The notes under the pieces: generated by a model
The model's input: the letters and a program-made list of their open reading frames with translations, nothing else
Databases searched by the model: none
What the model was told of the DNA's origin: nothing
DNA from: Pristiophorus japonicus
Taxonomy: Eukaryota
Direction of reading: 5' to 3'
Assembly (NCBI RefSeq): GCF_044704955.1
Contig: NC_091995.1
Location: forward strand, 15,872,001 to 15,936,000
Length of the DNA stretch: 64,000 bases
Part shown: positions 48,055 to 60,960 of the stretch, piece after piece
Position numbering within the stretch: position 1 is the stretch's first letter
Layout of the letters: every line of letters starts with the position of its first letter
Translations under genes and position numbers: made by a program

Positions 48055-48087
48055 GTGCAGACGACAATAGCATGGAGCATCCTTCGA
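48055..48087 (+). CDS. Candidate stalk exon of gene B
   Basis: Branch-like cactaat plus tcttttcattctgcacag| acceptor; 33 nt, phase 1-1, (G)ADDNSMEHPS; donor A|gtattt is moderate. Confidence 0.5.
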
Positions 48088-48775
48088 GTATTTCAAAGAG
48101 TATGCAGTGCAATGGATAGCCGACCAGCATGTAAAATATTCAGCCCAATAAATGTCGCCCACTACCAATATAGATTTGATCGAGAATATTTTGCTTTTAA
48201 GATTCTATTGGTAAACTGACGAATAACGGAAAAAAACAGCGATAACTCTGAACATGTTCATTGATCAAAACAGAAGCAACTATCGCTCAATGCTTATGAA
48301 TATAAGGGGTGGTACTGGAGGGGTAATTACAGTATAAAGGGGCCAACGGCAAGAACAATAGTTGGAGAGCAATAGAAACATTTGAAGTAAAATTGTTGCG
48401 TAACAACTAAAGCATTTTTGATTGACATCTATATATATATATATTTACATATAGTAAATAATGGTTTCAATAAAGTGTTTATCTACTTTTCAATGAAAAT
48501 AGCAAGCTAAGACCTAGGGCCAAATAAATAACGAGATTTTAAAAGTATTCCTTAATATCTGCCTTTATTGAAAAATAAGAGAGAAATTCAGCGCCAGGAA
48601 TCAAGGCAAACTAGATGGACAGAAAATAGGAATTAATCATGCAGAACTAGATGCCTAGAAATTATCTGTGAGTGTTTAATTACATGGCTACCAAACATAG
48701 TGAATAATACAATGAAGCCCTATAATGAACGAAATAAATTAATTCTCGAGTTTGATTTTTTTCCGTTCTCTACAG

Positions 48776-48903
48776 ATCGGGGCCAACCAGATAACAGCCG
48801 AAGATCGCTGCTTTGGCAGCTGCTTGTACTCGGAGTGAAACTTGCAGTGTTTGTTGTGATCATCATTACAACAATTTGTCTCGTACGTTTCTGGGCGTGT
48901 TGA
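48776..48903 (+). CDS. TM/short-tail terminal exon of gene B with intramembrane Lys
   Basis: ttttttccgttctctacag|AT acceptor; RGQPDNSRRSLLWQLLVLGVKLAVFVVIIITTICLVRFWAC*; ATTAAA at 49188. Confidence 0.8.
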
Positions 48904-49256
48904 GGTTCTGTCATGACATTCATTGCAGAGCGAGAGGGAATTGAGCTGACAGGCATGTGTTCAGTGGAAAACTGCAAAACGAAACCGATTGGCACATTGG
49001 ACAGTTTTGGATTAAGAAGAAAAATTGCAAGTGAAATGGTTCTAATTGTTAAATGCAAAGGTAAAAAATGTATATTGTAATTGACGTACATTGTGCTCCG
49101 GAATGTTTCTATAGCACTTGTTATCTTGCTGTAATTCTGTTCGGAGTGTTTTACTTTTAACAAATCGTATGCTGTGTTATTCAAGTAATTAAACCATTTC
49201 GTCAAAAATAGCAGTTTTAGTAAGTACTAAGATATATGCACGATGTAACTATTTGT

Positions 49257-50410
49257 ACTGCACTTTTTTGACAGATAGGTGAGAAGCCACGCCCCCTGTC
49301 AAGCTCCCCCTTCCTCCCAGCTCGAATCAATCCATGCGCGTGGTGCGAGAAGCAGGACCTGAGGCTCCAACTCTCCCTGCCCCCCTCCCCCTTGCCCCAC
49401 CCCCGCGGCCGCCGCGGAGCCGAGAGCGGCAATACTGGGCCCGAGAGTGGCCGGTGGTCCTGGGACCGAGAGTGGCTCGCGGTCCTTGACCCGCGAGCGG
49501 CCGTCATGGACCTGATAGCGAGAGAGGCTGGGGAGAGAGAGAAAAACAGAGGCTGGGGGCAGAGAGAGGTTGCGGGAAGAGAGAGAGAGGCTGGGGAGAT
49601 GGAAAGAGAGAGAGAGAGAGAGAGGCTGTTGGCAGAGAGTGGTTGGGGGGAGGAGAGAGAGAGGCTGGGGGAAGACTGAAAGGCTGGTGGGAGAGGGAGA
49701 GAGACTGGAGGAAGAGTGAGGGTCTGGGGGGAGTGTGAAAGAGACTGGAGGGAGAGTGAGAGTCTGGGGGCAGAAAGAGAGGGACTGGAGGGGGAGTGTA
49801 ATTGAGGCTGAGGGAGGGGGAGCGGCTGGGGGGAGAGAGGGGCTGGGGGGGGGGAGTAGAGAGACACGGGTGGGGGGAAGACGTATCACGTTCATCCAAC
49901 CCTCCACCAGGGACATCGTTGGAGTGGATGATATCCAGAAGTCACGACATTATCACTTTTTAGTTCATACCCAATAAACCTGTTAACAATCCATACACAA
50001 TGCCTGCCCCATCTATGGTGGGCGGGGGGCGGGGGGGTGGTTAGCCGGATGCAATTGCGCTGGGATAAGGCACTTCAGCTGGGGGAGGCATGCACTTGGA
50101 CTGAGATAAGGCACTTTGGCTGGGCGAGGCATGCACTTGGGCTGGGGTAAGGCACTTCGGCTGGTGGAGGCATTCACTTGGGCTGGAGTAAGGCACTTTG
50201 GCTGGGGGAGGGATGTACTTGAACTGGGGTAAGGAAGGACGTGTGACATGTAGCAACACAGACATAAAAAGGGAAACCACTGTAAACACAGAAGTAAAAT
50301 AACTAACAATAAGCAATCGTTTATTACATTGTGTCCTTCATAACTAATAAAACCCTAATCGGCGCTGTATTTTTACTGGTAGTTATGTGTAAAATGCTGC
50401 AGCTCAAATT
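49257..50410. repeat. GC-rich segment absent from the paralog, with a GA-rich tract and about 20-bp tandem repeats (50060-50235); possibly a non-autonomous element
   Basis: No counterpart at 21960-22510; ggcactt(g)ggctgggg units; boundaries approximate. Confidence 0.4.
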
Positions 50411-51349
50411 GAGCTTCAGGTATGCAACATATTGAAGAAGTTTGCTTCGTTAAGAAAATTACCATCTAATAAGAAATGCACGATTTATCTTAAACTCACA
50501 ATCATGACTGGCAGAAGATTTTTTAATTTTACGAAGGAGTATGAATATTCGCCAAAAATGACTAGACATGTTTTTTGTCTGTATTTTTCCTTGTCACTTT
50601 TTGGTAATTATCTGTTTTCAACAGAATAAGCGATAGTACAGCTAGGTATTGAAATGCCATTCCATTTGAGCATTCACTGTGTAAGTCAAGCACTCACATA
50701 TGAGCTGCAGCACCGCCGACGGCAGAGACAGGCTCCCTCTACAGTTACGCGACAATGGGGCTTAACAGCACCTTCGAGAATAGCCATAATATTTTAATAA
50801 TCCTTTTATGTATTGTCCCGATGTTTTAAGAAGTAATTCGATAAGTTCGACGGGACTGCCTTAGTGTAATAATTCTGGCCGTTTCTCCCTGCACCTTATC
50901 ACTTACACTTTTGGAGAGGATGCCGGTAGTAATACAGACTCTTCAAAGTAAGGGGATATTTTATTAGATTGCATGAATGATATATTATCTATTACTTTCT
51001 ACAAATATCGGCACCATTCGGGAATTATTGAGAAATGCACTTATTGGCCGATTTAATTGCAATGATTGCAGTCAAATTTTTCCCATGCCATTCATATTTA
51101 TCTCTTAATCGTTAATATATTACAACACCACAACTGATGAATCTTTAATTTTCCTGTTTATTTCAATCTATAAACCAAGAAAGCCAATCGAAATAAGGAC
51201 CAATAATTTGCGAAAAATATACAAGGAAGAAATGGATGAGTACTCCCCTATGTTGAACACGCCATATTACCTTGTCCATTCATGACAATGTAATATGTGG
51301 AACCGGGATCCAATCAGGACTCGTAGGATCATAGAATAGTTAATATAGT

Positions 51350-51800
51350 GTTAGCTGTGGCTCAGTGGGTAACACACTCGCCTTTGAGTCAAAATGTTGT
51401 GGGTTCAAGTCCTACTCCAGATACTTGAGCACATAAATCTAGGCTGACACTCCAGTGCAGTGCTGAGGGAGTGCTGCACTGTCCAAAAGTACTGTCTTTC
51501 GATGAGATTTTAAACTAAGGCCCGTCTGCTCTCTCAGGTGGCTGTGAAATATCCCATGGCACTATTTCGAAGAAGAGCAGGGGAATTATTCCCGGTGCCC
51601 TGGCCAATATTTATCACTCAATCAACATAACAAATAAACAGATTATCTGGACATTATCACATTGCTGTTTGTGGGAGCTTGCTTATGCATAAATTGGCTG
51701 CCACGTTTCCCACATTACAACAGCGACAACACTCCTTTGGCTGTGCAGCGCTTTGAGACGTGCGATGGTCGTGAAAGGCATTATATAATCCAAGTCTTTC
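51350..51800 (+). mobile_element. Deu-domain SINE, present only in duplication copy 2
   Basis: Full head and core; absent near 23075. Confidence 0.7.
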
Positions 51801-54800
51801 TTTTTTTTATTTCGAAAAAGCACAGCGTACAAAATCAGATGTTCGAAACGACCACTGCATTATATGACATGTAGGTCTGCTTCGGACAACAAGCATGGAA
51901 ATTACTCGGCTCTAAATGTTAACCCAATAGGGTAATCTGTGGCTGGCCATTGCCCATGGTTGGGAGAAAATAGCTCATCTTTCATAGAATCATAGAATAG
52001 TTACAGCACGGAAGGATGTCGAGACCGTGCCGACTCTCTGGAAGGAAAATTCAGCTAGGTCCACGCAACAGCACTTTCCCCATAGCCCTGCAATTGTTTT
52101 CCTTCAGGCCTTTATCCAACTCCCTTTTGAAAGCCGTGATTGATTCTGCCTCCATCACCCTTGCAGGAAGTGCATTCCAGATCCTAACTACGCGCTTATG
52201 TAAAACAAAAATTCTGATGGCGCCTTTGGTTCTTTTGCCAATCACTCAGGATGATAATTCCGTGATGCAATCAAAGCTGGTAGCAATAGATTTAAATTAC
52301 TTAAGTTCTGGACGCCTTGATTGAGCCTAGATTTGAAAGTCCCGTGGGTTCTGTCTCGAAGTGCATTCTTAAAATCCTAATCGGATCTTTAATGTGTTGT
52401 AAGAATTTAAAAATCTGTTTTTAGGAACATTTAGGAGTTCAAATTACTCATTGCGATGTTACATATTAAACTAACGTTTCCATCGATATTCACGAGAATG
52501 TGATTTTGTTCTATTAATTTCTTCAATGGCTTATTTCAACGAGTGGAATCATGTTCGATAGCACACATATAGCTGAAACAAAATAAACGTTTCCTGAATA
52601 TAACCATTAATTTCTACTCTTCAATTCAAGTTGGCACCTACAAACGAAGGCTGGTGAAACTAACATGTTTAAAATGTGAATTATGTCAAATTAGCAGATA
52701 CCCGCATTTACGGTCAAATGAGCAGCATTATTGCAACAGTACTTCTTTAGACTATCATCTTCTTAGTCCATAAAATCAACGCTGATGTCCTCCCTCCCTC
52801 TCTCTCTCCCGTCTCACTCTCTCTTCCTCTCCCCCTCCGCTCTCTCTATCCCTCTCGCTCCTCCTCTCTCTTTCTCACTCTCCCTCACTCCCTCCCTGTC
52901 TCTCACCCCTCACTCTCTTTCCCTCCCACCCTCCATCTCCCTCCCTCCAACCCTATCTCTCCCACCCTCTTCCTCCCTTCCTCTCTCACCCTCCCCACCG
53001 TCAATCTCTCCCCCTCTCTCTCTCCCCCGCTCTCTCTCCTTCCCTCCAGCCCCCTCCTTCTCTCTCTGCACTCCCTCCTTCCCCCTCCCTACCTCTCTCC
53101 ACGTCCCTGTCTCTCTCCCCATCAATTATTCTCTCTTTCTCTTTCTCTCTCCCGCCTCCTGCTCCGGCAGCCACGCCCGGCGAGACCCCGCGCCCATTGT
53201 CCCCGCCGCATCCACTGCGCCATAGCTCCCCGCCCTCATTGGTTGCGAGGCCGGACGGCCAGGCGGGCACTAATCTCCGATTGGTCGGTGCAAATTTCAA
53301 TCATTCTGGACCACGTGCTCCAAACACGGCTCCCGCCCCCGCCCCAGGACAGACAACAGATGACGATTATTATTATAGATAAGAACAATTCCTCAGAAAA
53401 AAAACCATTCAGAGAGCTATCATGTGAATACACGTGACTAGGTAAGCACAAGTGCAAGTTAAACTTGCTTAGTGAATAAAAAAATTGCATGGTGCAGTAA
53501 TGAGCTACAAACGCCAGAAGGCACTGACTTGCTTCGTTCATCTGTGCTGAATTTCCCGCTTTGGCAGAACCGGAGCGGGGGTCGCTTTAATTAATCTCAG
53601 TAGTCTAAATAGGGAATATCAGCCGTGGTTCCTGCTCCTGAGACACAGTTTTGGAGGTTCCTGTGTGTGGATGACAGCCAAGGACCGGACAGGATTGGAT
53701 TGGCAAGCAGCCCATTATAAAAAAAGGCGCCGTGCGTTCATTCTCTAGGCTCACATACTTAGAATGATCAGCTAGAGTAGATTTCAGCGAGCTGCCGTCG
53801 TTGTACTATACCCAAGAATAAGTCACTGCCTAATCGTAAAGGCGTAAAAGTGGTAGAATAATCATATGGTTAGCTATCTGTAATAGATTTTCCCAACTAA
53901 ATAATTATGTCTGTAGGGCTTGATGCATAAAAATTGCAGGGCGCCTCGTGACTTAATAAAGAGAGCTTAACATATCACTGTGCGCACAACGTTGCGTGCA
54001 GTTACCGACACATAGGGATATAAAATAGGAATATCACCCCAAACTAGAGTCTGCTCCCTTCACGCGCATGTAAAATTTGTAGAAAAACATCTTATGACAA
54101 AAGAGTTACTGGAAAGACGATTTGCACATTGCATTTTTTTCACACCGCGCTAAGGAAAGTCCTCGTTGGCCAGTTCTGATCCAATTTCAAGAAGGCTTGT
54201 CAATCAAGAAGATTGCGAAAAGAGTAGTGAAGCTACACTGTGGGGAAGTCCTGCTCAGTACTAAATTAATCATCAGTTCGTGCTCTGGGTTATGTCTGCT
54301 CGCTGATAAATTATAGAAGTGTACAGACATATTTACGTTTTTCATACTCCTGCACTTATCAATGAGTCTTATAGTCATTTCATATATATGCAGATTATAT
54401 TTTAAGTATTTATTTGGAAAGTACATCAAGTTACGGCAAGTCACAGAATAAGGTTATTCGGCCCGACTGGTCCATGCTCTACACAAGCCTCCTCCCACCG
54501 CTCATCATCTCATTCTATCATGAAAAAAATACTTGCATTTATACAGCGCATTTGAAAACTACGGGACGTCATAAAGCTCTTTTCAGCTAATGAAGTGAAA
54601 TCAATGTTGGAATATAGGAAATGCGGCAGGCAAATTGCGTACTGCAAGCTCCCACAAACAGCAATGTGGTAACGGTCAGATGATCTGTTTGAGTAATGTT
54701 GATTGAGGGATAAGCATTAGACAGGACACTGGGGACAACGTCTTCGAAATAGAGCCGTGGGTTCATTTACATTCACCTGAGAGAGCAGACCGGGCCTAGG

Positions 54801-56117
54801 TTTAATCTCTCACTTGAAAGACGGGACCACCGACAGTCCAGCATATCTCGGCACTGGACTGGAGTGTTCAGCCTGGAGTGGGACTTAGAACCCACAACCT
54901 TCAGACTCAGTGGCGATTGTGCAACCCACTGAGCCACAGCTGAAACTTCTAGTCGTAGCTGCCTTATATCAGCATAACCTTCTTTTCCTATCTACCGCAT
55001 GTGATGGTGTAACTTCCCCTTCAACGCATCTATGTATACGTTGCATGAGTTCTCTCGAATTCCACATTCTCAAAATTCTCTGCGTAAAGACGTTTCTCCT
55101 GAAATTCTTGTTGGATTTATTAGTGATTATATTATTCACGGTATTCACGGCATCAAGTTTTGGTTTCTAACAGAAGTGGAAACGTTTACTCAATGTCTAT
55201 CTTTTCATTATCTTAAAGTTCCCTCTCGGGTCAACCCTCAGCCTTCTCTTTTCTGGGTGTGGGATATACAAGCAGCAGCAGGAGTTTTAGATGAACTGAA
55301 GTTTATATAGGATGATTGGTGGGAGGCCGAAGAGAGCGTTGGAAAAGTGGTGTCTGCGGGCTACAAAGCCATGGAAGAATGTTTGAGCGGCAGACGGACT
55401 GAAGTAAGGACGGTGGGGGGGATGTTAAGGAGGTGAAAGAATGAAATCGCTATGAGAGTGGGGTTATGTGCTTTAGAATTTCAGCTCGGGGAGAACTAGG
55501 ACGCCCTGGTTGTGAGTAGTCTGGTTCGGGGCCTCAGGGGAAGCTGAAGCAAGGTTCTTCTTTAGTCTTTCTGTCTCTGTGCGAAACGTCTGACATTCAC
55601 GTGACATTTCTCCAGAAAAATCCTTTGTGAAGTCTGGCTTTCAACCTGTGAGGCGGGGGGTGACTCCGTGCTTTAAAGCCCCGCCCACTATTGAACACTT
55701 GATTTTAATTCAAGATTAGGAAATAACGGCTTCACATCATTATTCACGTGAAGAATCAGTGCAAGTACTCTGAGGGTGGTGCAGTATTACTCCAAATTGA
55801 TTCCAATCTACTTACTTTCGTAAGATCTATCAAATTTGAAGGGAAATACCAATCGCGACAAAATTGCTTGTAGAAGCAATGCGTTTACTTGCTTTTAAGT
55901 TAAGCTTAATATACCTTCTGAAATTTATATAACGCAGATGAAAAGCTACAATAGGTGTGGAATCAGTTCGGTGCCAATTTTTCTCACTCTCTATCACTTC
56001 CACTCTGTTTTATCAAAAAAATGGCAATGTAAATACTTGCAAGAAAAGAATCTTTGGCATCTGGCCCACATTTTTTCTTTCAATATACTTGACGAAGAAC
56101 TGAGCAAAATTATAACT

Positions 56118-56380
56118 GAGTTGAGGAGGAATTTCTTCTCACAGAGAGTTGTCAATTTGTTTAATTCTCTGCCCCAGAGAGCTGCGGAGGCTGGGTCATT
56201 GAATGTATTTAAAGCGGAGATAGGCAGTTTTTTGAATGAAAAGGAAATAAAGGTTTATGGTGAGCGAGCAGGGAAGTGGAGCTGAGTCCATGATCAGATT
56301 AGCCATGGTTTTATTACATGGTGGGGCAGGCTCGATGTGTCAAATGGCCTACTCCTGCTCCTATTATCTTCTTATGTTCT
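56118..56380 (+). mobile_element. CR1 3' fragment
   Basis: ELRRNFFSQRVVNLFNSLP plus 3' UTR. Confidence 0.75.
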
Positions 56381-57454
56381 TTTGAAATGGCACAGCATTG
56401 AGGTACATATGCGATTTCCAATTATATTCTTCTGGCAAAGCGGCGTAAGGAATATTGGGCCACAGCAAGCATCTATCATCCAGTCCCTGTTTTATTGTCA
56501 TCTCTCCATTCTTTATGTTTATGTCGCCAAGCGGAATTTATTGGAACCACACAATTCATGATGTTGCAACATTGGGTTAAAAGTTTTCACACTGAACAAT
56601 GAACAACATGTACTGGAACTTTGTATAGATTGAAATCAAGCTGATACAAGGACAAAAGAAAAAAGTAACATCAGTGATATGACAGAGTGTGGCACAGCGG
56701 GGTATGACATGCTTTAGCACTGCCTGCAAACGGTTAAATTTCAGATCAGCAAGAATGAGCTCTGAACACACATGTGGGAATGGATCAGATTTTAGTTTTC
56801 AGATATAAACTGTTAACTAGATGGTGTGGAAATTGCAATGTGCTTGTGACATTGAAGCACGTATGTAGCGTCCAAGCTATGCAGGCTGTGATAAGAGAAA
56901 AGATTCAAAATCATGAGGTGTGTGGATAGAGTAGATAGAGAGAAACTGTCCTCATTGACAGAAGGGTCGAGGACCAGACAATAGAGATTTAAGGTGATTG
57001 GAAAAAGAACCAAATGCGATGTGAGAAAAAACTTTTTAATGCAGCGAGCTGTTGGGATCTGGAATGTACTGCCTGAAAGACTGGTGGAGGCAGACTCAAT
57101 TTTATCTTTTAAAAGGGAATTAGTTAAATATTTGAAGGAAAAAACTACAGTGATGCAGGGAAAGAGCAGGGAAGTTGCACTAGGTGAGAGTCGATGGGCC
57201 GAAATGACTTCGTCCGTGATGTAACCATTCTATAAATCTATGATTCTATGATTACTTGTCATACTGGTTCCTAAAAGGTGATATATAAAGATAATGTATA
57301 ATGAGATTCGGCCTAGGACATTTGCACCTCCACTACTGCAACCTGTACAGGCTAGGTATAATCTGTGCTGTACGTACCGTTAATAATAGTGAACAAATTA
57401 TTATACAATTCTTCAGAAGCATACACATATAAGATACATACCCACAACATTGTC

Positions 57455-59690
57455 GTTGACTCTCAACTGCCCTCTGAAATGGCCTAGCAAGCCATTCAGT
57501 TGTACACAACCCCTGCGAAAAACAATAATAAGAATGAAACCAGACAGACCAGCCGGATTGAACTCGGCACCAGCTATGGACACGACAACGGCACATCCAG
57601 CCCAATCAACCCTGAAAACTCCTTCTCACCAACATCTGGGGAATTGTGCAAAAATTGGAAAGCTGCCTGACAGACGAGTCAAGCAACAGCCTGATATTGT
57701 CATACTTACAGAATCATATATTTCAGCCAATGTTTCAGATGCCTCCTTCACTGTCCCCGGGTATGTCTCTACCCCACCGGCAGGACAGACGCAGCAAGTG
57801 TGGCGGCACAGTGGTAGACAGTCGGGAGGGAGTGGCTTTGGGAGTCCTCAATATTGACTCTGGACAACATGAAGTCTAATGGCTTCAGGTCAAGCATGGG
57901 TAAGGAAACCTCCTGCTGATTCCCAGCTACCACCCTCCATCAGCTGATGAATCAGTACTCCTCCATGTTGAACACCACTTGGAAGAAGTAATGAGTGTAG
58001 CAAAGGCACAGAATGTACTCTGGGTGGGGGACTTCAATGTCCATCATCAAGAGTGGCACGGTAGCACCATTACTGACCGAGCTGGCCTAGACCTGAAGGA
58101 CATATCTGCCAGACTGGGCCTGCAGCAGGTTGTGAAAGAACCAACACGAGGGAAAATCCGACTTGACCTCGTCCTCACCAATCTACCTGTCACAGATGCA
58201 TCTGTACATGACAGCATTGGTTGCAGTGACCACCGCATAGACATTGTGGAGAGGAAGTCCCGTCTTCACACGGGTGACAACATTCACCGTGCTAAATGGG
58301 ATAGATTCAGAACATATCTAGTTTCTCAAAACAGAGCATCCATGAGGCCCTGTTGACCATCAGCACCAGCAGAATTGCATTCCACTATAATCTGTGGCCT
58401 CATGGCCCAGTATATCCTTCACTCTACCATTACCATCAAGCGTGGGGACCAACACTGGTTCAACGAAGTGTGTAGAAGAGCATGCCAGGAGCAGTAACAG
58501 GCAGAGATGAGACGAGACTAATTGCCCTCGACATCAAAGCAGCATTTCATCGCATATGGCATCAAGGAGCCTGAGTAAAAGTGAAGTCAATGAGAAACAG
58601 GGGGAAAACACTCCACTGGCTGGAATCATACCTAGCACAAAGGATGATGGTTGTAGAATTTGGAGGTCAATTAGCACAGCCCCTGGACATCGCTGCAGGA
58701 GATCCTCACGGCAATGTCCTAAGCCTAAACATCTCCAGTTTCTTCACCAATGACCTTCCCTCCATCAGAAGGCCATAAGTGAGGATGTTTGCTGATGACA
58801 GCACAGTGTTCAGTTCCATTCGCAACTCCTGAGATAATGGAACAGTCCATGCCGAAATGCAGCAAGACCTGGACAACATTCAGGTTTTGGATAATAAGTG
58901 GCAAGTAACCTTCGCACCATAGAAGTGCCAGGTAATGGCTATCTCCAACAAGCGAGAGTCTAACCACCGCCCCTTAACATTCAATGGCATTACCACCACC
59001 GAATCCCCTACCATCAACATCATGGGGGACACCATTCACCAGAAACTTAACTGGACCAGCCACATTAAATACTGTTGCAGAAAGAGCAGGTCCGAAGCTG
59101 GCTATTCTGTGGTGAGTGTCTCGTCTCCTCACTGCCCAAACCATTTCCACAATCTACAAATTGCAAGTCTGGAGTGTAATGGAAAACTCTCCAATTGCCT
59201 GGATGAGTGCAGCTCCAACAACACAGTAGAAGCTCGACACCATCCAGGACAAAGCAGCCCTCTTGATTTGCACTGCATCCACCTCCTTAACCATTAACTC
59301 CCTCCATCACCAGCACACCGTGGCTGCAGTGTACCAGCTACAAGATGCATGCAGCACTCTCCAAGGCTTCGGCAGCACCTCCCAAACCCACAACCTCTAC
59401 TACATAGAAGGACAGGGCAGAATACACATGGGAACACCACCACCTCCACTTTCCCTTCCAAGTCACACATTATCCTGATGTGTGAACATATCGCCGTTCC
59501 TTCAACGTCACTGGGCCAAAATCCTGGAACTCCCTCCAGAAAAGCACAATGGGAGTACCATCACCACACGAACTGCAGCGGTTCAAGAAGGTGGCTTACC
59601 ACCAGCTTCTCAAGTGCAATTAGGAATGGGCAGAAAATGCTGGCCTTGCCAACAACACCCACTTTCCTTGAATGTATAAAAAACAACATA
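57455..59690 (+). mobile_element. Degraded CR1/L2-clade LINE (APE endonuclease + RT) with an internal deletion near 58500
   Basis: QQPDIVILTESY, LWVGDFNVHH, LDLVLTN and SDH endonuclease motifs; ALDIKAAF and FADD RT motifs; absent from the paralog near 29160. Confidence 0.85.
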
Positions 59691-59839
59691 CACATATTGT
59701 TTGGTGTCGCAACTTGATAAAGAGTGGCTGGGGCGGGGATCAGCGCGCATCGACAACAATATCTTGGACAACATTTGTAATGGAAACCCTCTATCCGAAC
59801 ATACGAAAAATGACAGACAGGTAAACACCACATATAAGA

Positions 59840-60960
59840 ATATAAGAACATAAGAACTAACTGCAGCAGTCGGATATTTGGCCACACGAGCCTGCACCGT
59901 CATCATAGCTGATCTGATCCTGGCCTAAACTCTACTTCCCGATCTCCGTAACCTTGACTCCCTTATCGTTCAAAATTCTGTCTATCTCCACCTTAAATAT
60001 TTTCAATGACCCAGCGTCCACAGCTCTATGGGGTAGAGAATTCCAAAGATTCACGACCCGCTGAGAGAAGAAATTGCTCCTCATCTCCGTTTTAAATTGG
60101 TGACCCCTATTTCTTAAACTGTGCCGCCTAGTTCTAGATTCCTCCAAGAGCGGAAACATCCTCTCAGCCTCTACCCTATCAATCCCCCTCAGAAATGTAT
60201 ACCTTTCAGTGCGATCAAATCTCAGTCTTCTAAACTCCAATGACTCGAGACCCAAACGATTCAACCCTTCTTCATATGACAACCTGTTCATCTTCAATGC
60301 AAGTATATCATTCCTTAAATAAGGAGATGAAACTGTACGAAGAATTCCACGGGTGACCTTACCAACGCCCTGTACAGTTGTTGCAGGACTTCCCTATATT
60401 GATACACAATTCCCCTTGCAACATTCAATTTGCCTTCCTAATTACTTGCTGTATTTGCATGCTAACCTTTTGTGTTTCATGTACAAGAACCACCAGATCC
60501 CCCTGTACCGCAGAATTTTGCAATCTCTCCCAATTTAAATAATGATTTGCTTTTTATTTTTCCTACCAAAGTGCATAACCTCACCTTTTCCAACATTATA
60601 GTCCATCTACCAAATATTTTCCCATTCACTTAGCCTATCTATATCCCTTTGTAGGTTCTTCTCGGCCTCCTCACAACATGCTTTTCCACCTATCTTTGTA
60701 TCATCAGCAAATTTGGCTGCATTACACCCGGTCCCTTTCTCCAAGTCATTAATATAAATTGTGAATGCCTGATCTCTGCGGCATCTGACCAGTAACTGTT
60801 TGACAATCTGAAAATGGCCCTTTTATCCCAACTCTCTGGTTTATGTTAGTTACCCAATCCTCTGTCCACGCTATTATATTATCCCCAATCCGATGAGCTC
60901 TTATCTTGTGCAGTAACATTTTATGTTGCACCTAATCGACTGCTTTCTGGAAATCCAAAC
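59840..60960 (-). mobile_element. CR1 LINE 3' portion
   Basis: Minus-strand ORF2 C-terminus (FFSQRVVNLWNSLP, FADD) and taagaaca tail. Confidence 0.85.
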
